Below the pieces are notes generated by a model that worked only from the letters and a program-made list of their open reading frames with translations, had not been told where the DNA came from and did no database searches. DNA of 64,000 bases from Lingula anatina (Eukaryota; Animalia; Brachiopoda). Positions 1-12,653 of this stretch are shown in pieces. The translations under genes and the position numbers were made by a program. Location of the stretch: assembly GCA_051362555.1 (NCBI GenBank), contig CM120640.1:38666788-38730787 (forward strand), in the 5' to 3' direction. Each line of letters begins with the position of its first letter. Position 1 is the stretch's first letter.

Positions 1-220
1 TAAGTTGCCTTTGGTAATCAGAATATGAATTTTAATTTAAATTTAAACTGTTTGGTTTACATATACATATTCTCCAGCCAAAATCAAATGTAGCTTATGC
101 TCCCTAAGATAAAATGTTTAATTTCCATGTCTGCAAATCTTCCAATTAAGAAAAGTCCATTAATTTTGCCTTTCTGAAGATATCCAACAATAAAGATGGC
201 AATGCATTTCTCTTGATTAG

Positions 221-3200
221 GAATCTTCTTGCCAACCCATTTGTGTGTAATTGTCATCTTGGCTGGTTGTCTAAGTGGTTGAAGGAACACACCCTGGCAA
301 CCGGAAACCCAAGGTGTGCCACTCCTCCAGACTTCAAGGACTTCCCCATACAAGCTCTCAGGCCTCAGGATTTCAAGTGTGAAGGTAAATTTACACAATA
401 GCAGCAGTAGAATTATTTTTTCTCTGGTTATCAAATTAACAAAAACAAGCTGTACATTTTATACACTTTTATTGAGCCATATATAATTATGCCATTAACA
501 TTTGTATATAAGCTCCCCATGTTCCAATTAAATATACTTTTCTTCAGCATTGATCTCATGACTCTGAATCAAGTACTTGTATTTTCATGTGTAGTTTGTA
601 CTTTTAATTTGAAACTAAACATGTATTGCTAGTGCAACAAGACAGGGAGACAAATGAAGTTATTTGCAAGGCCTTCAAGTTAGGAAGCTGTTGTGGAGAA
701 GGTGGCTTACAAGTTGTTCATGAAATTGTTCAGTGTTGTTGTTTGGCCCTTTATCTATGCATCATGTGTAGTTGGTTGTTGGTCATTGTTTTTTATTTTT
801 ATTTTGTCTGTCTTCACTGTATGTTGTGTAATTATATGCTTTCCCATTTTTCAGAACATAATGAATATAGTTGTCAACCTGGTCCTTCTGTTTGTTGTCC
901 TACTGGTGCTTTAGAACTGCGTATGTATATTGTCAAGTTCTTTTCAGTTACCTTATTTTTGGCTCTTTATGTATACCTGATATACTTTCAGATAATTATG
1001 TTACATAATGTTTTATTTAATGGCACTAAAAAAGTGAATGCATGGATGTTCTGAAATATCCAAAATAACTAACAATATGAAAGTTTTATTTCATTTCATA
1101 TAAAACTGCTTGAAAGAATCATTTAGCATTTAAGTTTCAAATTTGTTTAATTGTTCAAACTTAGTATTATTTTGAAAATAATTTGCCTTGTAGTTAATTT
1201 GTTTTAATGATTTTCCCACTTATGTTTTATGCAGATCCTAGATTTATGCCAGTCAGGTCCCGGTAAGTTCTGAAAAATTCAGTTTTTAAACATTAAAATA
1301 TTTAACATTCTTTGTGATTTTTAGAAAATGAAGGTAACTGTGACCCGACCTCCCATTGCCCAGCCAAATGCAAATGTCAAGGCACAATTGTAAGATGCAG
1401 TAGACAAGGCTTATCTGAGCTTCCTAGAGATATACCACTTGATACTACAGAACTGTAAGTATTATAATAATGTGTTACAGTTTAAAGGCTACAGAACAGC
1501 AGCTCAGTTATTTTTCGTGAAATAATTAATGCTTATTAAGTTCTTTTGAAATTTTATTCAGAGTTCATGCTCTCTATGCACCCTAAATATTCCAGTTATC
1601 AGCATAGAACTTTGTGAAAAGACAATCCCACTCTTTCATATAGAATGTCTAGCTTATTATATGTATGTAAATGTATTGTTTACTGTCACTACTGTTGAAC
1701 TTTCTGCTTTTTGTAATGGCATGAACATGGCACTTTCTAAATGGTAATTGGGTTCCCTATATAAAATATACACTATGATAATTAATTTGATGTTGTATCC
1801 TTTATCTGTACATAAATTTCAGTTTTCCCTCCATAAAACTAACTGCATGAAAAGTGTGTCATTTTGCTTACACTTCTTTTCAATGTTTTGGCATAATGAT
1901 TTGGGTCAAACTGTTGAAAAAAAAAATAAATAACAGAAGATCGAGTTTGCTGAGAAAAGAAATACATAGCTGACAATTTTCATATTAAAGACTTATGAAG
2001 TAATCTACGAGGGGTTGTTTCATATATCTTTTATTTGAAAATTTTGTTCTTAGCACCTGTAAACTCACAAAAAGAAAGAAAGAAATATTATGGCTGTTTG
2101 GAGGGTAGTGATGACATATATGCATTTGCACAACCACATGTTTTTATCCAGGTACCTCGATGATAATAATATCCGGTCTATACCTTATTACATCCGCTCT
2201 CTTAAGAGGCTTGTTAGAGTGTAAGTAACCCCTGGCTTGTATTCCCTGCCACAGCTCCCAGCGTCATATATAAGAAGTCACGTAGATCAGATGCAGTGAC
2301 ACCCAATGCACATGCACACTTGCCTATGTTCCCTGCACATTGCACATATTATTTCATTTTCCTTCCAATGTTGCTTTATTCTTTTCCTATGCAATACTTT
2401 CCCATTTGTTTTGTTTGCTTTGTTTCCTGATTTGAGCTTAAAAGATTATTCTGATTCTGATTATACAAATCATTTTGATATTTGGATATTTCTTTATTAT
2501 TTTTTTTTACTGCTTTTACATTGGTTGGTTCTTTGTAGTTAAAATGCAAATTCAGTTTATGCTGTGTTTAGGTTTTTGCTGTGTTTTGTTTTTATGCTTT
2601 TTTTGTTTGAGTTTTTGGATCTGGGATTAAGTAATTTTCTGGTGGAAAGAGATCATGCATAAGATTCTAACAAATAAAACACTTAATTAAAGTTAATTTC
2701 ATGAAAATCATTCATCCCACCACAGTGACTATCACACCATGAAGCTGAAAATCTACTGCAGCCTTTAATCATGCACATGTGCAACGATTTAGGTTGTCCT
2801 ATCAGTAAATTGCTTTCTGTTTTCTTTGAAAAAAAACAACACATAACCTTATGATGACCAACAGGATCAAACATAATTATGTTAATTGCGTGGCCTTTAT
2901 TTCTTCACCAAAAATATTCAAAAATTGTGTTTATGGTCTTGGAAAAAAAAAACAAAAAAACAAAGCAACAAATAAGTGTGAAAGTTTGCTTGGACAGCAT
3001 TACTAGTAAGCAGGGATATCACAATTTGCTTTGCTTTTGTCCACAAATGTGACTCTGAACTGTGGCAGTGGATATTTAATTTGCAATAATTTGTTTACAT
3101 GAATATTATTTCTCTTAAGTTCATATCGATCTAAAAGCATGTATTTGTCTTCACATCACTGTGTTAATTTTCTTTTGTTTATTTATTCTAAATGATTATT

Positions 3201-5936
3201 TTAATTAAAGCATGCATTTTTGTTCTTTAATTTTGTTTTCTTCAGTTACTCTTGTAATTGTTTTTATCGTAATAGCATGCTTTAAATCACCATTCACAAA
3301 ACATTCCTTATGGTATTAGCATGCAGTTACATGTATAGTATATACGCCACATTCCTGACAGGATCTTAATTGTACAAAATTCTAATTGATATTTCCACAT
3401 TTTAGTGACCTAAGCTATAATGAATTGCTGACACTCCCAGACACGGCATTTTCAAATTTAACAGAGTTGTCAACACTGTAAGTACCTGATAATGTAGAAA
3501 AAGATCTTATTTATGGTTTAGTAGAAGCTTGAATCCAGGCTCCAATGCCAGGTATATGTATCAATCAGATTCTGGAATGTTTAACGACTAACTGAAAGTA
3601 TTAGTCTCACCCTGAAACTTCCACTAGGTAATGACCTGGATGGACTGGTCATCTTATTCAGTGACATGGCTAGGAATAGTCTCCAGTACCAAGGTTTGAA
3701 GATATTTTCAAAACATTCTGCAAAAAATGTAAACGAAAAACTTCTGTAAATAAAAAAATAATTTAAAATATTACCAGAAAGTGAACATGTATTTTTTGTA
3801 AAAACTGATAACAGTCATGAAAAAATATATATATTTCACTTTTTTAGGATTCTAAGTTACAATAAGTTAAAATGTATCCAAAGCACCAGTTTTGCAGGAC
3901 TGAAGAAACTGAGGATATTGTAAGTAACAAAATTAAAAATACTACAACATTTTGTGAAAATATGTCTTTGTTTTCATTCCAATTAAAAAGTGAAAAGTAA
4001 CCATATGGTCCTGATTAGTTGTCTTGATTACCATAGTATCATAGTTTTAATCCTTCCTTTGAAAGATTATTTTCCAGTTCATAAGTTTTGCATTACCTGT
4101 GTCAACTGTAGATAATTCTTTTTGAAATATTTATTTTTAGCTCATATATCACTTAAATTTTAGGACTCTTCATGGAAATGATTTGTCAACAATTCCCTTT
4201 GGATCTTTTGATGATTTGAAAGCTCTGTCCCAAATGTAAGTACTGCTTTAAAAAAACATTGCTTAGCTTAACATTGCGTCCACATTTGAGTAGAAAGAAA
4301 TTTTCTTTAGATGTGCACCGCATTTGAAATCTATTTAAAGTCAGACTGTCTTACTCCATACTGGAATGGTTAATTCCTTCTATAAATTTGATAAGGTTAA
4401 TGGATTTTCTTCGGTCTTCTAGTGGATCTTTTTTTCACGTCTTTCTGATGTGTATTTATCCACATGTGTATTTCAGAGCTATTGGTGGCAACCCTCTGTA
4501 CTGTGACTGTCATCTGAAATGGTTTAGTGACTGGATCAAAAAGGAATACATAGAACCAGGTATTGCTTCCTGTGCTGGTCCTAACAGAATGAAGAACAAA
4601 CTGGTCTTGACATCTCAGCCAAGAGATTTTGAGTGTTTAGGTGAGTTTTTGCATGAAATGACAAGGCTTTGATAGTTAAAACTTTATAGCAATATTAATG
4701 AAAGAAAAGTAAGAATTATTTACCTCATAATGTATATTAGGTAACAGAAATTAGTAGAAGCTTGATCTCTGAATTACTGTTACAAATTCAGATTATTTTC
4801 TTATTTTACAATAACAAATGGCTGTCCATTCCTTCAAGAAAATGCTGACTTGAATGCTCTATTTTTTCTTTTGCAGAAAATCCTGACCCCCATGTGCTTT
4901 CTAAGTGCAACATTTGTTACACATACCCTTGCAAAAATGGAGCACAGTGTGAGTTAAGAGGATTTAATGACTACAAGTGCACATGTCCTCAAGGTTTCCA
5001 TGGCAAGAACTGTGAACAGGAGATAGATGCCTGCTTTGGAAATCCGTGTGCCAATGGAGGCAGTTGTAAGGTCTTGGACAAGTATGGCAGGTTTAGGTAT
5101 GGGCATGTATTACTGAAATGTTGGCCTTAGACATTCAATCCTCTGTTTAAGCAAAAAGAGATCATATTGTTTAACAGTCAAACTGTAATCAACTATCGCA
5201 ATCAAACATAAACCATAACAAATTATCTTTTTTTGTAATCAAACGGAAAGTGCATTCTTGAATTTGTATACAATTTTATTCCTGTTCTATCCATTCTTAG
5301 CTGTCAGTGTGCACGTGGATTTGAAGGAGATCGCTGTGAGACTAATATCAACGACTGTGTGGTGAACGACTGTACAAACAACTCAACATGTGTAGATATG
5401 GTTGAAGAGTACAAGTGCTTCTGTCCCCTGGGTTATTCCGGTTAGTTTTGCCTTATTTAGTAAATAATGGGAAATCAGACTTTTTGCAAAGATTTTAAAA
5501 TCAGTGTTATCATTTGCTTTAAGTATACATAGTATCTGATAAAAACTACTGCAAAAAGGATCTAGTATATGAATTGCTAATAAAAAAGGTTTTATAAAAT
5601 GTCCCAAGCAATCTGAAGATAGAGTGTATGTTATAAAAATATGTTCCTTGGTGTCTACTGTATATTTTATTTTTCAGGTCGTTACTGTGAAAAGAAAATC
5701 AACTTTTGTGATGATTACAATCCCTGTCAGAATGGTGCCATGTGTAAAGATCTTGAGGTAGACTACAGGTATGGACACATCTACATAGTTTGGAAATACA
5801 CAATTTGATATTAACTAATTTAATGTCTAGTTTTTTTGGTATGCCATCTTTAAACAAACTTGTTAACATATGCAAACTAGATTATGAACACCATGAATAA
5901 ATACCACTTGGTACACGTATATTAAATTAAATAGGG

Positions 5937-5976
<40 letters not shown>

Positions 5977-8973
5977 ACCTCTTTACCTGTATAGTAAATT
6001 TAATAAACTGAATTTCAGGTGTATATGCCCACTGGGTTACTCTGGTAAAAACTGCTCTGAGAACATCAATGACTGTCCTTCCAATATCTGTCAAAATGGT
6101 GCCACATGTGTCGATGGCCTTAACAGTTATTCCTGCATGTGTCGCGCTGGGTATACTGGAACGTTTTGTGAGCTACCGCCATTGGAACAGAACGTGTATC
6201 CACAGAGCAGCGCCTGCCTGAATCATGACTGTAAGAACAACGGAATTTGCTTTCAACCTCCTGGCTCCAAGGAGTACGAGTGCAAGTGTGCTTCAGGTAA
6301 ATTAAACTCAAAATTTGGTGACATTTGGTTTTTGCATTGTTACTTACGTAAAGATGGTAAAAAGTGAATGATTTCTGGAGACACTTAAAATTAATTTTAC
6401 CTGTGAGGCATGATGTTTATATTTTGATGTAGGGTAGAAACATCATGTCTCAAAGATATTAACTATTAGACAGTTTCTTAAGAAGCAATTCTTGTTTTTT
6501 AACCTATGTAAAAAGTATCCTAATATTGATAAAGGGCAGCAGCTTCTATGAAAATAATTTTTATCCTTTTCCTATATATGTTATTTATGATTTACAATAC
6601 ATTAGCTGTTTTTATATAGTTGAAAAAAGTAAAAATGCAGACTTCATGTTCAGTTTCAACGTGCTGCTTTCATCAAACAAGATTGATGTATTTCTTTTAA
6701 GGTTTTGATGGCAAGAAATGTGAAAAGTTAACCAGCATCAGCTTCAAACAGAAGGACTCGTATATCCAATTCCCAGCTCTGGTTACGAAGCCCATGGCAA
6801 ACATCACAATCGTCTTTGCAACAAGAGGCATGAGTGGTGTTCTACTCTACCATGGGTTGGACCAGCATGTTGCCGTGGAGATCTTCAGGGGTCGTCTGCG
6901 AACAAGCTTTGACATAGGCAACTACCCAGTGTCCACAATGTACAGCTATGAGACCATTAATGATGGAGACTTCCACATAGTGGAGATGTTGATCATTAAT
7001 AAGAATTTCACCATGAGAATTGACCATGGTCAATCCAGGTTTATTTTGAATGATGGGGATAAAAACAAGTTCACATTAGACGAGCCCCTCTATTTGGGAG
7101 GGCTGCCACCAGAGGTCAACAGCAGAGCATTCAAGAAATGGCACATCAGGAATGGGTCTAGTTTTGAAGGTACATACAGTGATAGTTATAGTAGAAGTGC
7201 ACTTGGTGCCAACATAATGTATAAATCATGCATGCAGTGCTTTTTAAGAAGAAGAAATATTCGGATCTCTATATTGTTCTTCTGTTTCACTAGAATTCAT
7301 GCCTTCAGCATTTTTATCTTAAACATTTAAGCACTTCAAATTTCAGAAGAATTTATTTTTACATGTAGTCAAAACATAACTATCCAATTGTAAATTTCTA
7401 GGTTGCTACAGGAAAGTTTACATCAATGGCCGCCTCATCGACTTTGTAACTACCAAAGATTTGGTCCAGAACAAAGTTACCCCAGGGTGCCCGGCACATG
7501 ACAATCCAGACCCTTGTGTGCCTAACATGTGCAAGCATGGCAAGTGTCAGCCCTTGAAGGGGATGAGCTTTAAGTGTAACTGCCATAAAGGATGGTCTGG
7601 GACTTTATGTGATGAAGGTGAGTGTGTACTGCGGGACCACTAGGCGGAGTTTCTCTGTATCTTTTTTTAACAGTGTTTCATCTTCAAGCACTTGCATTAT
7701 TTTTAAGATGCACATCTTTGATTTCAGCTGCCACTGTGTAATTTAGTTTGTAGTTTGATTTAGAGTCACTTTTCTGTTTAACATAGCATGGAGATATTAA
7801 TTCTGATATTAATTAAGTTTCTGTCTACTGACCATATTGTATCCAAGCACTTCTGTGAAAAAGCATACATTTTCTTGTATCTGGCAAATGTTCTTGAAAG
7901 ACTTTAATTTGACCAATGTTGTGTATATACACTGCATTGGCTTAACACGTAACATTTCCTTGATTTGCACTAAATTCAAAAACTTGAGCAACACATCTTC
8001 TCTTATAATTGCACTTCCTAAAAGGAAATACGCAATTCTAATCATTTCTAACCTCTTTGTAACATCTTTTTACAGTATGTTGCCAACTGATGCATAATTA
8101 TATTTGTTGGTGAAAGAGATTCTGGTTTATCTTTATCTGTGCTTAGAGTTAGTATATGTGTAATTTGGCAAAAGGTTTCACTGAAGTGCTGGTACTCGAC
8201 TTTTTATTGTTACTGTTAGTTGTAGCTTGGTGCAAACTTGAGTAATGCTTTTAATATTCTTAGTATATCATAGGTCACTTCTTGGGTTCAAAACTTTTTC
8301 ACCTTTTATTTATTTGGATAGCTGCTGGTACTTTAGTTATCATTTTAACCCTTTTCCCTCCTTGTTTTTGTCTCGTTCCAGCACCCTCATGTAATGCTGA
8401 GGCATTTTATGATCACTACACCGATCCAGAAACAGACTGCAAATCGCGGTCAAAAGTGAAACACAAACGGTGTACTGGAAATTGTGGATCATACTGTTGC
8501 CAACCCAGAAAAATTAAGACACGGAAAATACGAGTATTTTGTGCTGATGGTCGCAACTATGTGCGAGACATGCACGTGGTTCGGAAATGTGGCTGTAAAC
8601 GTTGTTGAGGGGGACTCTTAACATCAACAAGAACTACCACAAAAAGCATAACCAAACAAGGGGAGGTTGCTTCTCTCTACAGCAGCCTTAACACATTGTG
8701 TATTTGACCCATGTTCTGATTATTTCAGAAACAAAATGCAAAGCAGTGAAACAGGTCTCCGAGTACACGAATCCAGTCACGGGCTGTAAGTCACGCAAGA
8801 AAATCAAGCAAAAGTTTTGCACGGGGGCGTGTGGGAATAGCTGCTGCACTCCAGTCAAAATCAAGAACCGCAAAATCCGTGTGTTCTGTAAAGATGGCAG
8901 CTCACACGTTGAGCACATACAGGTGGTAAGGAGGTGTGGATGTAAGACTTGTGCAGAGAGGCCTGCAGTCTGA
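221..8973 (+). CDS. slit: Slit axon-guidance ligand, 3' part (end of LRR3, LRR4, EGF1-6, laminin G, EGF7, C-terminal cystine knot); 5' exons lie upstream of the window
   Basis: In-frame GT-AG exons: 221-384 ([19 protein letters not shown]), 855-920, possible 1242-1262, 1325-1454 (LRRNT), 2152-2220, 3406-3477, 3848-3919, 4164-4235 (69-72 nt LRR exons), 4477-4640 ([13 protein letters not shown]), 4877-5096, 5301-5440, 5678-5768, 6019-6296 (EGFs, YPQSSAC resembling the Slit cleavage region), 6702-7169 (LamG), 7402-7617, then last exon 8382-8608 or 8729-8973. The domain order is diagnostic of Slit. Confidence 0.96.
5940..5972. repeat. (TA)n microsatellite in a slit intron
   Basis: ~16 TA units. 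Confidence 0.95.
8382..8608 (+). CDS. slit: slit terminal exon A (cystine-knot domain, copy 1)
   Basis: Polypyrimidine tract and CAG at 8379-8381, phase 1 matching the donor at 7618; APSCNAE...[27 protein letters not shown]...VRKCGCKRC*. Confidence 0.88.
8729..8973 (+). CDS. slit: slit terminal exon B (cystine-knot domain, copy 2)
   Basis: TTTCAG acceptor ending at 8728, phase 1; ETKCKAV...[27 protein letters not shown]...[15 protein letters not shown]. Confidence 0.88.
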
Positions 8974-11038
8974 CATTGACTGTAACATCGAATGGCAAGT
9001 TCAGTTTTCAGTCTCTGTGGTTTTTTATGTATGTACATATCAAATTGTGTGTGGTGTGTATTAAAGAAGGAAAGAGATGAGTTTCACTGTTCAGTGTAAA
9101 TAGTACAGCTGGTGGCAACAGTTTGCTACTGCCAGTTTTGTTCAGAAAAGCCTCTTTTTTATTGTGTATATACATATTTAGTGGCTTTTTAATATATGAT
9201 TTTATAATAGAAAGACAACTGTGTGTGATATAATTATTTATGTGATTTTCTAAAAATCTGGTAGTAAATATGATAGATAAGTGAATTCAATTTTATACGT
9301 GTAACAAATGAATGATTTCAACCACCGATACTTTCAAAACATAAAGGCATTTGCTGTTCAATACAATGTTTGTATTAAAACAGACCAACTCCTGTAAGGA
9401 TGTGGCTTGACAGCAAGCAACATATATAAAGCAACGGACTGTGGTTTGCTGATTTTGACATTTCCCATACAGATGAGGTCACTCACCCTCTCTTTGTCAG
9501 CATTATTATAATGATAATAACCTATATGGGCAATATTCTATTTATAACCAAAGTCACAATTTTATAAATATATATCTAAGCATTAGTAACAGGTAGGACA
9601 CATTAATATCAATCTTTTTTAATGTAAATATGATCTTCCAGTTTGGCCCGGTCTTAGAGATCCAAACTTGCAAAAATACTCATATCTTATAGTTAAGTGC
9701 TAGTATATGTTATGTCTTCATTCATTGTCAGCACTACCTCAGACACCTAAGTTATAATTTGTTTGCATGACTCAGAAAAGAATGACAAAAACACTCCATT
9801 TTAGTCAAGCCACAAACTAAGTCTACAAAGAGAAAATTACAATTTTCATGTAACCAACAATCCAACTAGGTTTCAAGTAATTAAAGCACAAAATGGTGGC
9901 CCTTGAAATTATTTTAAAGTGTGTGATTTTGCTTTTGGTGGTTACATCTTACTCACTGTTTACTTGCTGTCCTCTTTTCTGGGGGAGATCTGTCAAATTC
10001 TTAAGCAGTCCCCAAGCTGCCCATTCTTATTTTTTAAAAATTATCTGAAAAATTCCAAAACTGAACATTAATATGGACTTTTGACTAGAAGCGAAAGGGA
10101 TGTCATATTAAAACTTATTGCATTGTGTATGCGTAAAACTTTTAATCAGTGGAACAAAAGCACTAATTTTTCTATTTCTTAAGGAGCCATAAACCAATAC
10201 ATTTTAATGACAGTGTAAAACAGTGATATGAAGATCTAGGGCATGTCTTATGTACTAGTGATGTTGTAAAAATGTTTTCCTACATATTTGAAATTATTTT
10301 TGTACTGTATGGTCACTGTAAATGTAACATAGATGTATTTATTAGGTAGATAGTGTGTTATACTTATCTACACTTCTTATGAGAATATATAGCACTTGAC
10401 TGGACAGTATAAGTATGCAGTTTTCTGTGCAATAAATTATTATTATTATTACCATTATTAGATGAAACTGTAGATAGAGTTTTTTTACAATCATGGACTT
10501 ATTTGCTCTCGTAAGTTAATTCCGTGCACAAATGGCCTAGCACAAAGTTGAAGCACAAATTAAGCCAGAACCTGAGCATATTCCCACTAAGAAAGGAAGC
10601 TGTGTTAAGGAGACAAAGATAAGAGCATAAGTATTACTGGGCATTCAAGTACTGTTGCAATCACTTTGAAGTTGGGAATTAATTTTCTGCTTTTTTCATG
10701 CATGACGGATTAAGTTTTGTATCAGCCTTTGCTCTTAGCTGTATTGCCAATCATTGCCAATATTTTGTTAAATCTCATGGTTGACGGTGGCTTTTTGTAA
10801 CAAAGTATGTTTATTATTCCTTACTGTACATATCAGTTTAACTTTTGTTACAATAAAATCATGTGTATTGGACATGTGAAAGGTAGCATTGAATGAAAAA
10901 AATGCTTTCTTACACATTTGTTCTTTTCTTTGTTCAGCATTAATATCTTTCAGTAAAATGGGAAATATTTGTTCACTCTCAGAAACAGATGGACTCCAAT
11001 TTGTACAATATTAACTTGTGTATTTTGTATATTTAAGT

Positions 11039-11044
11039 AATAAA
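11039..11044 (+). terminator. candidate slit polyadenylation signal
   Basis: AATAAA at the end of a ~2 kb AT/TGTA-rich 3'UTR-like stretch, followed by GT-rich sequence; other AATAAA copies lie near 10431 and 10852. Confidence 0.4.
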
Positions 11045-12653
11045 TTTGAGTTTGCATTGTAAATACATTTAGTGTTGTTATAAATAATCAAGTGACAATG
11101 AATTAAGAACTTTTTAAAAAATCAACATAAATAACACTTTTTAGAAAATTAACATTAATATCACTGTTTGTAAGATGCTGGTTAACTTTTTGTTCAATTT
11201 GTCAAAGAAAGTGCAGGTAAAATTTTCCTCACAGATATCAAAGAAGAGCCTGCATGTGAACCAAATGTTTATCTGATAAGTAAAGTGAGCAATTATTAGT
11301 ATAAAATAATGTAAATTGAACCAGTAAATTTTGGAAATCAGCAAATTTTTTCTTTTTGAAAATTTAAGTGTTTAAAGGCCAGTAATAATAATCCTTTGTT
11401 ACTTGTTAGTTCTACCTCCAAAGCTTTTTCTTTTGTATCTTATACCAGTACTTAACTCAAAACACTGCATCCAAATATTTTCAGATTATCCCTTGAACTT
11501 CAGTTGTCCCAGCTAAAATTCACAGATGTTTCTCATTATTATAAGCCTTAATGATAGATTTCTTCATATAGTTCTTAAACATTGATGTATTTTTTCATAT
11601 AGTTCTTATGCATGTTACATCTCAGTTATGCAATATTATAAAACTTGCCGCCTTTAGATAAAGTTTTATCTTTTCCACATATGCAATATATTACATTCTT
11701 CACATTAAGAAAAATTCAATGGATATTGGCATATCCTAAGTTTAAATATAGTTTTACCAGCCCAAGTTCAGAGCACACTAGAAACTTGCCTTTCCCGTAC
11801 ACTACTGGTAGTTTATGTGATGATAACCAACAATTGTTGTTCCTCAGCATGAGGTGAATGAATGATAGCACTAGTGAATCGGGCAGGGTGGATGTTTTTC
11901 ATTAGAAGCTTGTCAGGATTATCATTTTGAGGATGAAAACACAAAATCAACTTTATAAGCAAAATAAACATTTATTTTAAGGAATGATATTCAAAATGGT
12001 CAACACAAAATGTACTATTTTTGCTATTTACATGCGTTGTCTACTACAAGAAGAAAAAAAATTGCAGATTTCAACACTTTTCTCTTAATCAGCAAGGTTT
12101 TCCATATCCAATACTGCTGACAATTGAAATTTCTAATCTGTAAGCTGAATTTTCAGTTCTCAGTAACTAATTTTTGGGCCACTCGTCAAGCTGATTTTCA
12201 CTTGTGATGGCAAAAATTAAACATTAAGAGCCCAAAAGCATATTTATAGATCATAATTTTCACAACAGTTATGTATATGGTGTATGTACTTGGCGATAAA
12301 AGAAAAACTGCTTGAATTTCCAGGACACTTAATTTTTGCTTTAATATTAAGGTCTAATACATTATATGGTTATAACTACGTATGGCAAATGATCACATGT
12401 CCTCCAAGATGAAACTCTTCAGACAGCTGTTTACTCTAAAACCAGATAGCATGCATATTACAAACTATACTTCTACTAGCTTTACAACACAAAAAGTTTA
12501 GTATTTGAACACTTCCAGTCATGCTTTTCCAGATCTGTGGGTCTGAATCAGAAAACGTTCACTTAATGACTGAAACTATTCAATATTGCATATGCTAGCT
12601 TTTACTTATCCAATTGCACCGTTTGTCTTCCTTTTTTTTTTTTTTGGTAAGTA

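Noticed and set aside
8688-9038. 116-aa minus-strand ORF
   Set aside because: Antisense shadow of slit exon B
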